Below are positions 38,642 through 48,911 of a DNA stretch of 64,000 nt, one piece after another. Every line of letters starts with the position of its first letter. Position 1 is the first letter of the stretch. Source of the stretch: Bacteroidota bacterium (GTDB lineage: Bacteria; Bacteroidota; Ignavibacteria; Ignavibacteriales; Melioribacteraceae); the NCBI GenBank assembly GCA_018829545.1, contig JAHJTX010000313.1:5374-69373 (forward strand), read 5' to 3'. Under the pieces are notes generated by a model, which was not told the origin of the DNA, made no database searches, and saw only the letters and a list, made by a program, of their open reading frames with translations. A program made the position numbers and the translations under genes.

Positions 38642-40132
38642 ATGTTCAAAAAAATCCTAATTGTTAACCGGGGCGAGATTGCCGTAAGAATTATTAAAGC
38701 GTGCAGGGAGATGCAAATTGTATCCGCAGTTATTTTCTCGGAGGCTGATAAAAACTCTTTACACGTAAGAGCCGCAGACGAAGCTTATCAATTAGGATCT
38801 GCGCTTGCAAGCGAATCCTACCTTAACATTCCAAAAATTATTGAGCTCGCAAAAAAAATAAATGCAGAAGCAATTCATCCTGGTTACGGATTTTTATCGG
38901 AGAACGCCGGCTTCATTAAAGCGGTAGAGGATAGCGGCATTAAGTTTATTGGACCATCAAGCAAAGCTGTTGAATTGATGGGAATAAAAACCTCCGCGCG
39001 TGAATTGATGATAAAAAATAATGTTCCTGTCGTTCCTGGTTCGGAAACGGTATTAAATACTTATGAAGAAGCAGAAATTGCTTGCGAAAAAGTTGGATAC
39101 CCGGTTATGCTAAAAGCTTCTGCCGGCGGCGGCGGAAAAGGTATGAGGCGTGTTTTTGAAAAGGATGAATTGAAGGAAGCTTACAACAGAGCAAAAAATG
39201 AAGCGTTGAAAGCATTTGGAAATGATGATGTTTACATTGAAAAATTTATTGAAAACCCAAAACACATCGAAGTGCAAATTATTGCTGACGAGCATGGTAA
39301 TTACAGACATCTCTTTGAGAGAGAATGTTCAATCCAAAGAAGAAATCAAAAAGTAATTGAGGAATCGCCTTCTCCTTCAATTACAAACGAGATTAGAGAG
39401 CAGATGACAGCCGCAGCTATAAACGCGGCTAAATCTTGCGGATACTACAACGCGGGTACAATTGAATTCCTCTTGGATCGGAATAATACATTCTACTTTT
39501 TAGAGATGAACACCAGACTTCAGGTTGAGCATCCCGTTACGGAAATGATTACTGGAATTGATCTTGTAAAAGAGCAAATCAATATCGCATTCGGAAATAA
39601 GATTTCTTTTTCGCAGGAAGAGATTAAAATTAACGGTCATGCGATTGAATGCAGAATTTATGCGGAAGATTCTGCAAATAATTTTGCGCCTTCCATCGGA
39701 AAAATTCTTCATCATAGTCTACCATCCGGACCTGGAATAAGAGTTGATAGAGGCATAGACCTTTTATCAGAAGTATCGCTTTACTACGATCCGCTTCTTT
39801 CTAAACTGGCAGCATGGGGCAAAGACCGCAATGAAGCAATTCAAAGGATGTCGCGTTCTTTAAAAGAATATCAAATTGCCGGAGTGATTACAAATATTCC
39901 GTTTTGTTTGTGGGTTCTTAAACACAAAACTTTTATTGATAAATCATTCACAATAAATTTTATCGATCAGGAATTTATTCCGAATTGCGCTAGTGCGCTT
40001 AATGATGAAGGGTCAAATGAATTTGAAGAAATATCTGCAATAGTCGCGTCTCTTCTTCGGCATAAAGAAAACCAGTTCAAGCCGCGCAGCATTGAAGTTT
40101 CTCAGAACAACAAGTGGACTGAAGATGAATAA
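38642..40132 (+). CDS. accC: biotin carboxylase subunit of an acyl/acetyl-CoA carboxylase
   Basis: KILIVNRGEIAVRII, GGGGKGMR and EMNTRLQVEHPVTE motifs. 496 aa. Confidence 0.95.
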   Translation: MFKKILIVNRGEIAVRIIKACREMQIVSAVIFSEADKNSLHVRAADEAYQLGSALASESYLNIPKIIELAKKINAEAIHPGYGFLSENAGFIKAVEDSGIKFIGPSSKAVELMGIKTSARELMIKNNVPVVPGSETVLNTYEEAEIACEKVGYPVMLKASAGGGGKGMRRVFEKDELKEAYNRAKNEALKAFGNDDVYIEKFIENPKHIEVQIIADEHGNYRHLFERECSIQRRNQKVIEESPSPSITNEIREQMTAAAINAAKSCGYYNAGTIEFLLDRNNTFYFLEMNTRLQVEHPVTEMITGIDLVKEQINIAFGNKISFSQEEIKINGHAIECRIYAEDSANNFAPSIGKILHHSLPSGPGIRVDRGIDLLSEVSLYYDPLLSKLAAWGKDRNEAIQRMSRSLKEYQIAGVITNIPFCLWVLKHKTFIDKSFTINFIDQEFIPNCASALNDEGSNEFEEISAIVASLLRHKENQFKPRSIEVSQNNKWTEDE

Positions 40133-40631
40133 CGAATTTGTAGTTCAATTGAATTCAGATAAAAAGTTGTGCGTTGAAGTTGAATCTGAAAACCGCATTT
40201 CGTTTAATGGAAAATTCTTCGACGTTGAACTTTCGAAAGTAAACAATCACTGCTTTCTGCTTAGAGCAGGCAGTAAAGTTTACGATGTCACTCTGACTCG
40301 ATGGGATAACGGCACTTTGGGATTTCTGATTGCGGGAAATTATTTTGAAGCAAACGTGAAAACTAAACTTCAGGAAAAAGCTGACGAATTTCTGAAGAAC
40401 AAAGTAAAAAGCTCTCATCATGACATTATTAAAGCGCCAATGCCAGGTTTAGTGTTGCAAATATTTAAGGAAGTTGGAGACAGAGTTGAATTTGGTGAAC
40501 CATTGCTTATTCTGGAAGCGATGAAGATGGAAAATTCTATCAAGTCCACAGCAACTGGAACTATTTCAGAAATCTATATCAATCAAGGCAGTTCCGTTGA
40601 AAAGGGCGCTAAACTTCTAAAAATAGAATAA
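40125..40631 (+). CDS. biotin carboxyl carrier (biotin/lipoyl attachment domain) protein
   Basis: C-terminal biotinyl domain with EAMKMEN. ATG at 40125 overlaps the accC stop and is preferred over the ORF-track start at 40092. Confidence 0.85.
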   Translation: MNNEFVVQLNSDKKLCVEVESENRISFNGKFFDVELSKVNNHCFLLRAGSKVYDVTLTRWDNGTLGFLIAGNYFEANVKTKLQEKADEFLKNKVKSSHHDIIKAPMPGLVLQIFKEVGDRVEFGEPLLILEAMKMENSIKSTATGTISEIYINQGSSVEKGAKLLKIE

Positions 40632-40706
40632 ATAATTTGTTTTATTATTTACTCTAGTTTTTTTATATTCACTAATAACTTTCAACAAATAATAGGAGAA
40701 CCAGTC

Positions 40707-41957
40707 TTGAAAAAGATAATACCGATATTTTTACTGATTATGCTCACTACTTCTTTCCTGTATGGTGGAGGATTTCAGATAAATGAGCATGGCGCTAGAG
40801 GAATGAGTTTAGCCGGCGCTTTTACGGCGATAGCAAATGATCCCTCAGCAATTTATTATAATCCTGCAGGTCTTTACCAAATTAGCGGAACAAGATTTTA
40901 CACAGGTGTTACTCTAATTCAGCCAAAAGCTTCTTTCAGAGGACCATCTCCCTCAATTACAGAAACTAAACTTGAAGATCAGATTTTTAATCCTATCAAT
41001 TTCTATGTAACTCATCAGGTGAATAGTGATTTGGGGATAGGAATAGGAGTTAACAATCAATACGGGCTTGGAACAAAATGGGACCCGGATTGGGTTGGCA
41101 GATATCTTGCAATAGAAACTGAGATTAGAACTTTCTTCTTTACTCCAACTATCTCTTATAAAGTTTCCGATAATTTCGCAATTGGCGCCGGTTTGGTTTT
41201 TGCGTATGGCGATGTTTTAATTATGCGTAAAAATTCTCTCGAACCATTCGCAGGCGATGCCGAAATAGAATTAGAAGGAGATGGAACTGCATGGGGATTT
41301 ACGCTTGGAATTCTTTTTACTCCATTTGATGATTTGTCCTTGGGCTTCTCTTATCGAAGTGAAACTAATTTCGATTTTGAAGGCGATGCAAAAGCAGCCG
41401 CTCCTCCTCAATTTTCTCAATTGCTGCCAACGGGTAAAATAACTGCTCCGCTAACAACACCACAAAATATAACTTTGGGACTTGCATATTTTGCTACAGA
41501 ACAATTAACAGTTTCTGCAGATTTGCAGTTTGTTGGCTGGTCAAGTTATGATAAATTGGAAGTAACATTTAATGATGTAAAAGATGCAAGTGGCGATAAA
41601 CTTGTTTCAACAAGCGTAAGAAATTATAATAATACCTACATTGCTAGATTTGGAGCGGAATATAAGTTTAATGACGTTTTAGATTTGCGATATGGTTTAT
41701 TATATGATAAAAATCCCGTGGACGATGAAAAAGTTGATCCAACATTACCGGATTCAGATCGATTAGGATTCAACTTCGGCTTCGGATATAAAATCACTTC
41801 AAAATTATCTCTCGACGTTGCTTATATGTTCTTACGATTTAACGAGAGAGAGATTGACAACTCGGAAATCGAATATACACAGGGTTCCGCAAAATTTAAC
41901 GGAGTTTACAACTCGTATGCTCATCTTCTTGGAATCAATTTATCATATGAACTTTAA
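40707..41957 (+). CDS. FadL/OmpP1/TodX-family outer-membrane hydrophobic-compound transporter
   Basis: Signal peptide followed by GGGFQINEHGARGMSLAGAFTA, the family N-terminal hatch motif. Beta-strand-rich, 416 aa. Confidence 0.85.
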   Translation: MKKIIPIFLLIMLTTSFLYGGGFQINEHGARGMSLAGAFTAIANDPSAIYYNPAGLYQISGTRFYTGVTLIQPKASFRGPSPSITETKLEDQIFNPINFYVTHQVNSDLGIGIGVNNQYGLGTKWDPDWVGRYLAIETEIRTFFFTPTISYKVSDNFAIGAGLVFAYGDVLIMRKNSLEPFAGDAEIELEGDGTAWGFTLGILFTPFDDLSLGFSYRSETNFDFEGDAKAAAPPQFSQLLPTGKITAPLTTPQNITLGLAYFATEQLTVSADLQFVGWSSYDKLEVTFNDVKDASGDKLVSTSVRNYNNTYIARFGAEYKFNDVLDLRYGLLYDKNPVDDEKVDPTLPDSDRLGFNFGFGYKITSKLSLDVAYMFLRFNEREIDNSEIEYTQGSAKFNGVYNSYAHLLGINLSYEL

Positions 41958-41977
41958 TTTGGCAGGAGAAACATTAA

Positions 41978-43444
41978 ATGAAAAATATATTTAAAATAAT
42001 TTTGACAATATCTTTTGGAGCAATTCTAGTCTTTACGGCGTGTGAGGACAGAAGCGATTTAACTGCTCCTAAAGCAGCAAATACCGGCACAGCCGATTTT
42101 AGCAGATATGTTGCGCTTGGTAACAGCTTAACAGCGGGATACCAAAGTTCTTCTTTATTCGAATCTGCTCAGGAATATTCATATCCAAACTTAATAGCTC
42201 AGCAGGTTAATACTAGTTTAGTTCAGCCATTAGTTTCTGATCCAGGTATCGGTGGAAGATTACAAGTCGCTGATTTGGTCGTAGTTAGCGGTGAAATTGC
42301 TAACGTAGTTTTGGAAAGCAACGCAACACAAGGAACACCAAAGAATTCCACTTATTCTAAACCATATAATAATTTGGGAATTCCCGGAGCAATTTTATAC
42401 GATTTAGTGGATTCAACAGATTTTGCTACAAAATATGTTACTAGAGGAAACCCTTTCTTTTCTGTTGTGTTAAGAGACGCAGCGTTCGGTAAAACCGTAA
42501 TCAAACAGGCAAATCTGTTGCAGCCAACGTTCATTACTCTTTGGATAGGGAATAACGACGTTCTTGGTTATGCCACTTCCGGCGGAACAAAGGGAACCGA
42601 TTTAACGGGAAAACTTCCTACGGAAACAGCAAACTTTACCGCTCTTTTTAATTTAGTAGCCGCTACGCTTGATACTAATGCAAAAGTTGCTGTTGCTAAC
42701 ATTCCTGACGTTGCAAACATTCCTTATTTTACTACAATTGGACCTGCAGTTGGTTTAGGATTACAAGGCGCCATGGATGCAAATCCAGCCGTTGTGGGTT
42801 TATTCTATCAAAAAAGTGGAGAAATTGTAGCTTCCGGATTAGCACAACCGACTGATCTTTATACAGGGAAAGTTTTAATGACACTCCCAGCAGGATCATA
42901 CGCGAGTCTGTTAGGGCAATCTACAGGAAAGTTTTACACCGATAATGGAATTACACCTCCTCCAGGAATTGATACAAATCAACCATTTGGACTCCATCCT
43001 CAAAATCCAATTCCTGATGTGTTTGTACTTGACGAATCGGAGCAGGCAAAAGTAACTGCAGCCGTAACCAGCTTTAATACCACAATCGCCGGAATTGCTG
43101 GAGCAAAGAGCAACTGGATACTTGTTGATATGAACACTTTTTTTGATGAAGTAAAAGATTTAGAAAAATCCATGGGCGGTATGTACGTTAACGGAATTAA
43201 ATTTACTACCGAATTTATCTCCGGAAATACGTTTAGCTTGGATGGAGTTCATCCATCAAGTCAAGGATACGCCGTAGTTGCGAACAAATTTATTGAAGAA
43301 ATTAATAAACGTTTTTCCGCCGCTATTCCATTAGTAAATGTTGCTACAATTCCCGGTAGTCTTCCGCTTTCAAAAAAGCAGTATTTCGAAAAATTGAATA
43401 TTCATGTTGATCTTGATGCGCTAAAAAATGTTTCATATTGGTAA
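41978..43444 (+). CDS. SGNH/GDSL-hydrolase lipoprotein
   Basis: Lipobox VFTAC. Block I ALGNSLTAGY, block III GNND and block V DGVHPS. 488 aa. Confidence 0.8.
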   Translation: MKNIFKIILTISFGAILVFTACEDRSDLTAPKAANTGTADFSRYVALGNSLTAGYQSSSLFESAQEYSYPNLIAQQVNTSLVQPLVSDPGIGGRLQVADLVVVSGEIANVVLESNATQGTPKNSTYSKPYNNLGIPGAILYDLVDSTDFATKYVTRGNPFFSVVLRDAAFGKTVIKQANLLQPTFITLWIGNNDVLGYATSGGTKGTDLTGKLPTETANFTALFNLVAATLDTNAKVAVANIPDVANIPYFTTIGPAVGLGLQGAMDANPAVVGLFYQKSGEIVASGLAQPTDLYTGKVLMTLPAGSYASLLGQSTGKFYTDNGITPPPGIDTNQPFGLHPQNPIPDVFVLDESEQAKVTAAVTSFNTTIAGIAGAKSNWILVDMNTFFDEVKDLEKSMGGMYVNGIKFTTEFISGNTFSLDGVHPSSQGYAVVANKFIEEINKRFSAAIPLVNVATIPGSLPLSKKQYFEKLNIHVDLDALKNVSYW

Positions 43445-43457
43445 TAGAATCCTTTGG

Positions 43458-43485
43458 CTGTTTCGGATCGTTTGATTCGAAACAG
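43458..43485 (+). terminator. hairpin after the SGNH gene (possible terminator)
   Basis: CTGTTTCG-12 nt-CGAAACAG, followed by TCTTTAATT. The T-tract is weak. Confidence 0.35.
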
Positions 43486-43509
43486 TCTTTAATTATTCCA
43501 GGATAAATT

Positions 43510-43962
43510 ATGAGAAACACATCGATAATTATTTTGTGTTCTTTATTTCTAATAGGATGCGCAGCGCAACAGATAGAAAATAAAGAAACTGTGGACACAG
43601 CGTCAACAAGCGAGCAGGTTTATATTTTTGACGATGTAACAGTAGATACTCCCGTAAAAGAAGCCGTTGAAGATGAAGTCGAAACTCAACCTGCAATTGA
43701 ACCGATAGAATTTATTGAGCAAAAAGTAGAATTATTTATTGTACAACTTGGCGCATTTACATCAAACGAAAGAGCCGCGCAATTCATTAAAGAAAACAAA
43801 AGCAAATTGAATTACGAAATGAATATCCATTACAGTGAAGATGTTAATCTTTACGTAGTTCAGCTTACTCCTTTTAGAACAAGAAAAGAAGCCGAGGATG
43901 TCCGCAACGCCTTGTGGCTCAAAAAAGAATTCAAAGATTCATTTATCGTTCCGGGTAAATAA
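43510..43962 (+). CDS. SPOR-domain lipoprotein
   Basis: Lipobox LIGC. C-terminal SPOR pattern FIVQLGAFTSNERAAQF...YVVQLTPFRTRKEAEDV. Confidence 0.8.
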   Translation: MRNTSIIILCSLFLIGCAAQQIENKETVDTASTSEQVYIFDDVTVDTPVKEAVEDEVETQPAIEPIEFIEQKVELFIVQLGAFTSNERAAQFIKENKSKLNYEMNIHYSEDVNLYVVQLTPFRTRKEAEDVRNALWLKKEFKDSFIVPGK

Positions 43963-43965
43963 GCT

Positions 43966-44133
43966 ATGAGTCCATTAGGAATCGACATCAATTTATCGAC
44001 CATATTACTTTTTGTTTTTATCGCAGCAATTGTGGAAGCGCTTTGTCCTGGAGATTTGGATAATCTTCTTATTCCAATTACCTGTATTATTTTATATTTT
44101 ATTGTCTATATAAACACACGATTATTTTATTGA
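43966..44133 (+). CDS. possible 55-aa two-TM membrane peptide (below the ORF-track cutoff)
   Basis: My translation is MSPLGIDINLSTILLFVFIAAIVEALCPGDLDNLLIPITCIILYFIVYINTRLFY. ATG lies 4 nt after the SPOR gene stop. No obvious RBS. Confidence 0.25.
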   Translation: MSPLGIDINLSTILLFVFIAAIVEALCPGDLDNLLIPITCIILYFIVYINTRLFY

Positions 44134-44196
44134 GAATTAATTTATAAATCATAAGTTTTGTACACCATTTAATAATAAACTTAACCAGGAGGATAC

Positions 44197-44631
44197 TTGG
44201 CATTTTCATTAAACAGAGTAATGCTCATTGGCAATTTAGGGCAGGACGCCGAGCACAGATTTACAACAAATAATACTGCGGTAACTTCCTTTTCTATCGC
44301 AACTACAAGCGGATATAAGGGGAAAGACGGCAATTGGGTAAATGAAACTACATGGCACAATGTTGTGGCTTTTGCATTATCCGATTATTACAAAGATGCT
44401 TTAAAGAAAGGAAAAAAAATTTACGTTGAAGGTAGAATCTCCAAGCGCGATTACACGGATAAAGATGGCATTAAAAAATATATTACTGAAGTAATAGCCG
44501 AGCGCAATGGAATTATACCTCTTGAAGGTCGCGATTCAGGTCAGGAAAAATATTCAAATAGTGAATCTGAACCCGGCGGCGGTGGACAGAGCGCTGATAC
44601 TCAAAATCCGGATGATGATCTTCCGTTTTAA
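44197..44631 (+). CDS. ssb: single-stranded DNA-binding protein
   Basis: NRVMLIGNLGQDAEHRF OB-fold start, Gly-rich linker and acidic tail DDDLPF. TTG start after an AGGAGG RBS. Confidence 0.95.
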   Translation: MAFSLNRVMLIGNLGQDAEHRFTTNNTAVTSFSIATTSGYKGKDGNWVNETTWHNVVAFALSDYYKDALKKGKKIYVEGRISKRDYTDKDGIKKYITEVIAERNGIIPLEGRDSGQEKYSNSESEPGGGGQSADTQNPDDDLPF

Positions 44632-44694
44632 ATTTTCGCATAGATTTTTATACGATAATTGAGTTGTTGAATAATTTGAGGAATAAATAATTTT

Positions 44695-45984
44695 TTGGAA
44701 ATAGACTGGTATTACAATCTTAGCTTGTTGTTAATTTCGCTTATGTTTTCTGCTTTATTTTCTGGTTCTGAAGTTGCTCTTTTTTCTTTAGATTCTAAAA
44801 AAATCAAGGAAATTAAATCCGAAACCGGCATATTAAAAGATTATATACTTTTGCTTTTAGAAGCGCCCAAAAGGCTTTTAGTTACCATACTACTTGGCAA
44901 CACAATTTTTAATGTCGCAGCGTCAATTATTTCTGTATCCATGGCGCTTCAATATGCAAAATATTTTGGGCTTTCTGTTGATTTGATGCTTGTCATTCAA
45001 ATTGTATTACTAACCATAATTATTTTAATTTTCGGTGAGATAACGCCAAAAGTGTGGGCGTCAAAGAATCCTTACCGCTTTGCTAAAATTGTGAGTTTTC
45101 CACTCTACTGGATAAGCATAATTATTTATCCCGTCTCAAAAATTATTACAGATTTAATAAAGTATTTTGCCTCAAAAATTCATTTCGATAAATCTAAAAC
45201 GGCAATTCATTCTAGCGAACTGTCCGAATTTGCCGATATAGTTATTGAAAAGGGCGTTATTGAAGAGGAGGAGCATGGAATAATTCATGGGCTTGTCAAT
45301 TTCAAAAGCGTTTCTGTACGCGAAATTATGACGCCAAGAGTTGACATAGTTGCAATTCCTATCGATTCAAGTTACGATGAAGTTATAAAGAAAATTACCG
45401 ATAGCGGACATAGCCGGCTTCCTTTATTCAGCGAAAGTTTGGATAATATAATCGGAATAATATATGCTAAAGATTTGCTGCCATACATTGGCGATGAGCA
45501 TTTACGCAAAAATTTCTTCCTAAGAAAAATTGCAAGACAGGCGATGTTCATTCCTGAATCCAAATTAATCAGCGATTTAATGAAAGAGTTTCTCTCAAAA
45601 AATATGCATATGGGAATTGTTGTTGATGAATATGGCGGAACGGCGGGGTTAATTTCTCTTGAAGATATATTAGAGGAAATCGTTGGCGAAATTAGAGATG
45701 AGTACGATGTTGAAGAAGAAGAAATAACAAAATTGGATGCGAATAAATATCTCGTTCTTGGAAAAGTTCCAATTGACGAGTTGAATGATTTATTTGATTA
45801 TCATTTTGACTCGGAGACAGATGATTTTGAAACAGTAGGCGGATTTCTTTTTATGCTTGCCGGTTCAATTCCTAATCAAGGAGATAAAATTGTATATGAG
45901 AATTTTAGATTTACAGTGAAAGAAGTTATAAATAAAAGAATAAACAAAGTTTTAATCGAAAGAATTACAGACGATTCTGTTTGA
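44695..45984 (+). CDS. CNNM/TlyC-family protein (DUF21 + CBS pair + CorC_HlyC)
   Basis: 429 aa. N-terminal 4-TM DUF21, VREIMTPRVDIV CBS start and C-terminal GGFLF...G transporter-associated domain. Confidence 0.85.
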   Translation: MEIDWYYNLSLLLISLMFSALFSGSEVALFSLDSKKIKEIKSETGILKDYILLLLEAPKRLLVTILLGNTIFNVAASIISVSMALQYAKYFGLSVDLMLVIQIVLLTIIILIFGEITPKVWASKNPYRFAKIVSFPLYWISIIIYPVSKIITDLIKYFASKIHFDKSKTAIHSSELSEFADIVIEKGVIEEEEHGIIHGLVNFKSVSVREIMTPRVDIVAIPIDSSYDEVIKKITDSGHSRLPLFSESLDNIIGIIYAKDLLPYIGDEHLRKNFFLRKIARQAMFIPESKLISDLMKEFLSKNMHMGIVVDEYGGTAGLISLEDILEEIVGEIRDEYDVEEEEITKLDANKYLVLGKVPIDELNDLFDYHFDSETDDFETVGGFLFMLAGSIPNQGDKIVYENFRFTVKEVINKRINKVLIERITDDSV

Positions 45985-46358
45985 TGAAAAAATTCGGCTG
46001 TCTTTTTAAATCTATAATACTCTTGGCAATTATTATTGGAATAGGCTATTATTATTTAGAAAAATATGGCGGTGAGTTATTAGAAGAAGGAAAGAATTTA
46101 GTTCTTGATTTCTCAAAGAATAAAATTAGCGGAGAGATCGACAAAATTTATCCGAACGAATATAAAGATTCACTAAACTCGCTGATTGATGGTCTAAAAG
46201 AAAAGTTTGGCAAAACTAAAGATAATTTCATTGATGAGCTGCCATCAACAACCTTGGATGAATTCAGAAAATATTTTAATGACAGCATAATTGTAAAAGA
46301 AGAATTCGAAAAAATTAAAAAAGCGATAATTGATTATGAAGAACGAAAGAAAAACTGA
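45984..46358 (+). CDS. hypothetical membrane-anchored protein
   Basis: 124 aa with one N-terminal TM helix and a charged helical remainder. TGATG overlap upstream. The 3' end overlaps the mlaD-like gene. Confidence 0.5.
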   Translation: MKKFGCLFKSIILLAIIIGIGYYYLEKYGGELLEEGKNLVLDFSKNKISGEIDKIYPNEYKDSLNSLIDGLKEKFGKTKDNFIDELPSTTLDEFRKYFNDSIIVKEEFEKIKKAIIDYEERKKN

Positions 46359-47244
46359 AGTAAAAGTCGGAGTAACTGTACTTGTTGCTTTGATAGCTTT
46401 TTTCTGGGTCTTAGGCTGGGCAAAGAATTTTTCATTCTATTCTAACGAAAAATTACTCACTATTAATTTTAGTTCTGTTGCGGGATTGAACAACAATGAT
46501 TTAGTTGCCGTTAACGGTGTTAGAAAAGGATTTGTGAAAGATATTTCGCTCAAGGGCGCAAATGTTTATGTGCTCGTAAGTATTGATGAAGACGCCGAAC
46601 TTAAAGAAGATGCAAAATTTTCTGTGATGATGCTTGATTTAATGGGCGGTAAAAAAATTGAAATTGATCCTGGGCAGAGCGATGTCCCAATCGATTTCAA
46701 TAAAGTGCAGTCGGGCAATTTTGTCGGCGATATCTCAACGGCAATGGCTATGCTTAGTTCTGTCCAAAATGATTTAGTGGATGTAATTAAAGAGATTAAA
46801 ATTAGTTTAACAGAAATGAACAAAATTCTTACAGACGAAGAACTTTACGCCGACGCCAAAAATACGCTCAGTACTCTTGCGGAATTAACTAATAAAGTCA
46901 ATCAAATAATCTTAAAGAACGAAGAGACAATTAATCAAATATTCACTTCGGGCAATAGTTTTTTAAACAATTCAAATGCTCTGTTGGAAGATTCTAGCCC
47001 TAAAATAATTAATGCTTTAGACGCAATTACAAAACTAATTGAAAAATCTGACAACTTAGCAGCGAAAGTTAATTTGGCGCTGGATGAAACAAAATCCGAG
47101 AAGAACAATCTCGGCAAACTATTGTACGATGAGAAACTTATTCCTGAAATGAAAACCGCAATCGAGGAATTAAGAACTCTAGTAAAAATTTTAGTTGAAC
47201 AGCTTAAGAACCAAGGAATTAATGTTGATGCGAATATTTTCTAA
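46336..47244 (+). CDS. MlaD/Mce-family protein
   Basis: KTEVKVGVTVLVALIAFFWVLGW anchor, Mce domain (VNGVRKGFVKDISL) and long helical C-terminus. Confidence 0.78.
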   Translation: MKNERKTEVKVGVTVLVALIAFFWVLGWAKNFSFYSNEKLLTINFSSVAGLNNNDLVAVNGVRKGFVKDISLKGANVYVLVSIDEDAELKEDAKFSVMMLDLMGGKKIEIDPGQSDVPIDFNKVQSGNFVGDISTAMAMLSSVQNDLVDVIKEIKISLTEMNKILTDEELYADAKNTLSTLAELTNKVNQIILKNEETINQIFTSGNSFLNNSNALLEDSSPKIINALDAITKLIEKSDNLAAKVNLALDETKSEKNNLGKLLYDEKLIPEMKTAIEELRTLVKILVEQLKNQGINVDANIF

Positions 47245-48910
47245 AATAGTATTCATCTGTTTGCTTTCAGCTACTTTACTGCTTTCTGCTTCAAAAGATC
47301 CTGCAAGAGCAAAAAACGGAATGGTTGTTTCTGCGAGTTCAATCGCATCGGAAGTTGGCGTTGCAATCATGAAAAAGGGCGGGAACGCAATTGACGCAGC
47401 TGTAGCTGTTGGATTTGCATTAGCGGTTACACATCCATCCGCGGGTAATCTTGGCGGTGGCGGATTTATGGTTATCCATCTTAAAGACGGAAAAAATACA
47501 ACGATTGATTATAGAGAAAAAGCTCCTTCTGCAACTCATAAAGATATTTATCTCAATTCTAGCGGTGAGTTCGATCCGAAGTTAAGCACCGAAGGGTGGA
47601 CTTCCTCCGGTGTGCCCGGCAGCGTAGCCGGTCTTCTTTACGCCCTGGAAAAATATGGAACATTGCCGCTTCGTGATGTTATTCAACCTACGATTGATTT
47701 AGCGCAAAATGGTTTTGAAATAAGTTACAGAATGGCTATTTCATTTGCTGCCGTGCATTCGGAATTTGTAAAATACGCGAGTTCAAAAAAAGTATTCACA
47801 AAGGATGGCGGAAAGTACGAGGAGGGCGACGCTCTCATTCAACGCGACCTTGCGCTTACATTAAAGCTTATTCGAGACAGAGGGCGAGATGGCTTTTATA
47901 GCGGCAGAGTTGCAGATTTAATTGTTCAGCAATCAAAGAAAAATGGCGGGTATTTAACTCACAAAGATTTAGAGAATTATTCTCCAGTTGAAAGAGTGCC
48001 CATCAACGGTTCATACAGAGGATATGACATCATTTCGATGGGACCGCCATCATCCGGTGGCGTTGCAATTGTTCAAACATTGAATGCTCTTGAAAATTTT
48101 ACATTTGAAAAAAATGATTGGGGAAGCAGCTATTATATTCACACCGTTTCTGAAATATTAAAACATACTTATGCCGATCGATCAAAATATCTTGGCGATG
48201 AAGATTTTTATCCGGTGCCAAAAGGATGGCTAACTTCTAAAGAATACGGCAGAGAAATTGCGTCAACAATAAAAAGTACTGCAATTCCGTCAAAAGAAAT
48301 TTCACCCGGAATAATGAATTCAAATGAAAGTACTGAGACAACCCATTACAGCATTGTAGATTCGTATGGAAATGCAGTCAGTGCAACTACAACAATTAAT
48401 TCCAATTATGGAAATAAAATAGTGGTAGACGGCGCCGGCTTTATAATGAACAACGAGATGGATGATTTCAGCGCTAAGCCTGGAACACCCAACCAATTTG
48501 GTCTGCTTGGCGGTGAAGCAAATTCAATTCAATCCGGTAAGCGAATGTTGAGCGCCATGACCCCAACAATATTACTTAAAGATGATAAGCCATTTCTTGT
48601 AATTGGTTCACCGGGTGGATCGACAATAATTACAGTTGTTCTGCAAGTAATAATTAATGTTGTAGATTTTAAGATGGATATTCAAGAAGCGATTGATCAA
48701 CCGAGATTCCATCATCAATGGTTTCCGGAAAGAATTGATTTTGAGAGATTTTGTATTAGCAGGGATGTGCGCGATATACTTATTGAAAAAGGTCAACTGA
48801 TGGGAACAGAAGTTGTTTTAGGAAGGGCAGAGGGAATAATAATTAACGAAAACGGAATAAAATTAGGCGCTACCGATCCGCGTGGATTCGGCGGAGCTGC
48901 AGGATATTAA
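47222..48910 (+). CDS. ggt: gamma-glutamyltransferase
   Basis: Signal peptide, GGNAIDAAVA and the autoprocessing/nucleophile site ETTHYS. About 560 aa. Confidence 0.93.
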   Translation: MLMRIFSKIVFICLLSATLLLSASKDPARAKNGMVVSASSIASEVGVAIMKKGGNAIDAAVAVGFALAVTHPSAGNLGGGGFMVIHLKDGKNTTIDYREKAPSATHKDIYLNSSGEFDPKLSTEGWTSSGVPGSVAGLLYALEKYGTLPLRDVIQPTIDLAQNGFEISYRMAISFAAVHSEFVKYASSKKVFTKDGGKYEEGDALIQRDLALTLKLIRDRGRDGFYSGRVADLIVQQSKKNGGYLTHKDLENYSPVERVPINGSYRGYDIISMGPPSSGGVAIVQTLNALENFTFEKNDWGSSYYIHTVSEILKHTYADRSKYLGDEDFYPVPKGWLTSKEYGREIASTIKSTAIPSKEISPGIMNSNESTETTHYSIVDSYGNAVSATTTINSNYGNKIVVDGAGFIMNNEMDDFSAKPGTPNQFGLLGGEANSIQSGKRMLSAMTPTILLKDDKPFLVIGSPGGSTIITVVLQVIINVVDFKMDIQEAIDQPRFHHQWFPERIDFERFCISRDVRDILIEKGQLMGTEVVLGRAEGIIINENGIKLGATDPRGFGGAAGY

Positions 48911-48911
48911 T

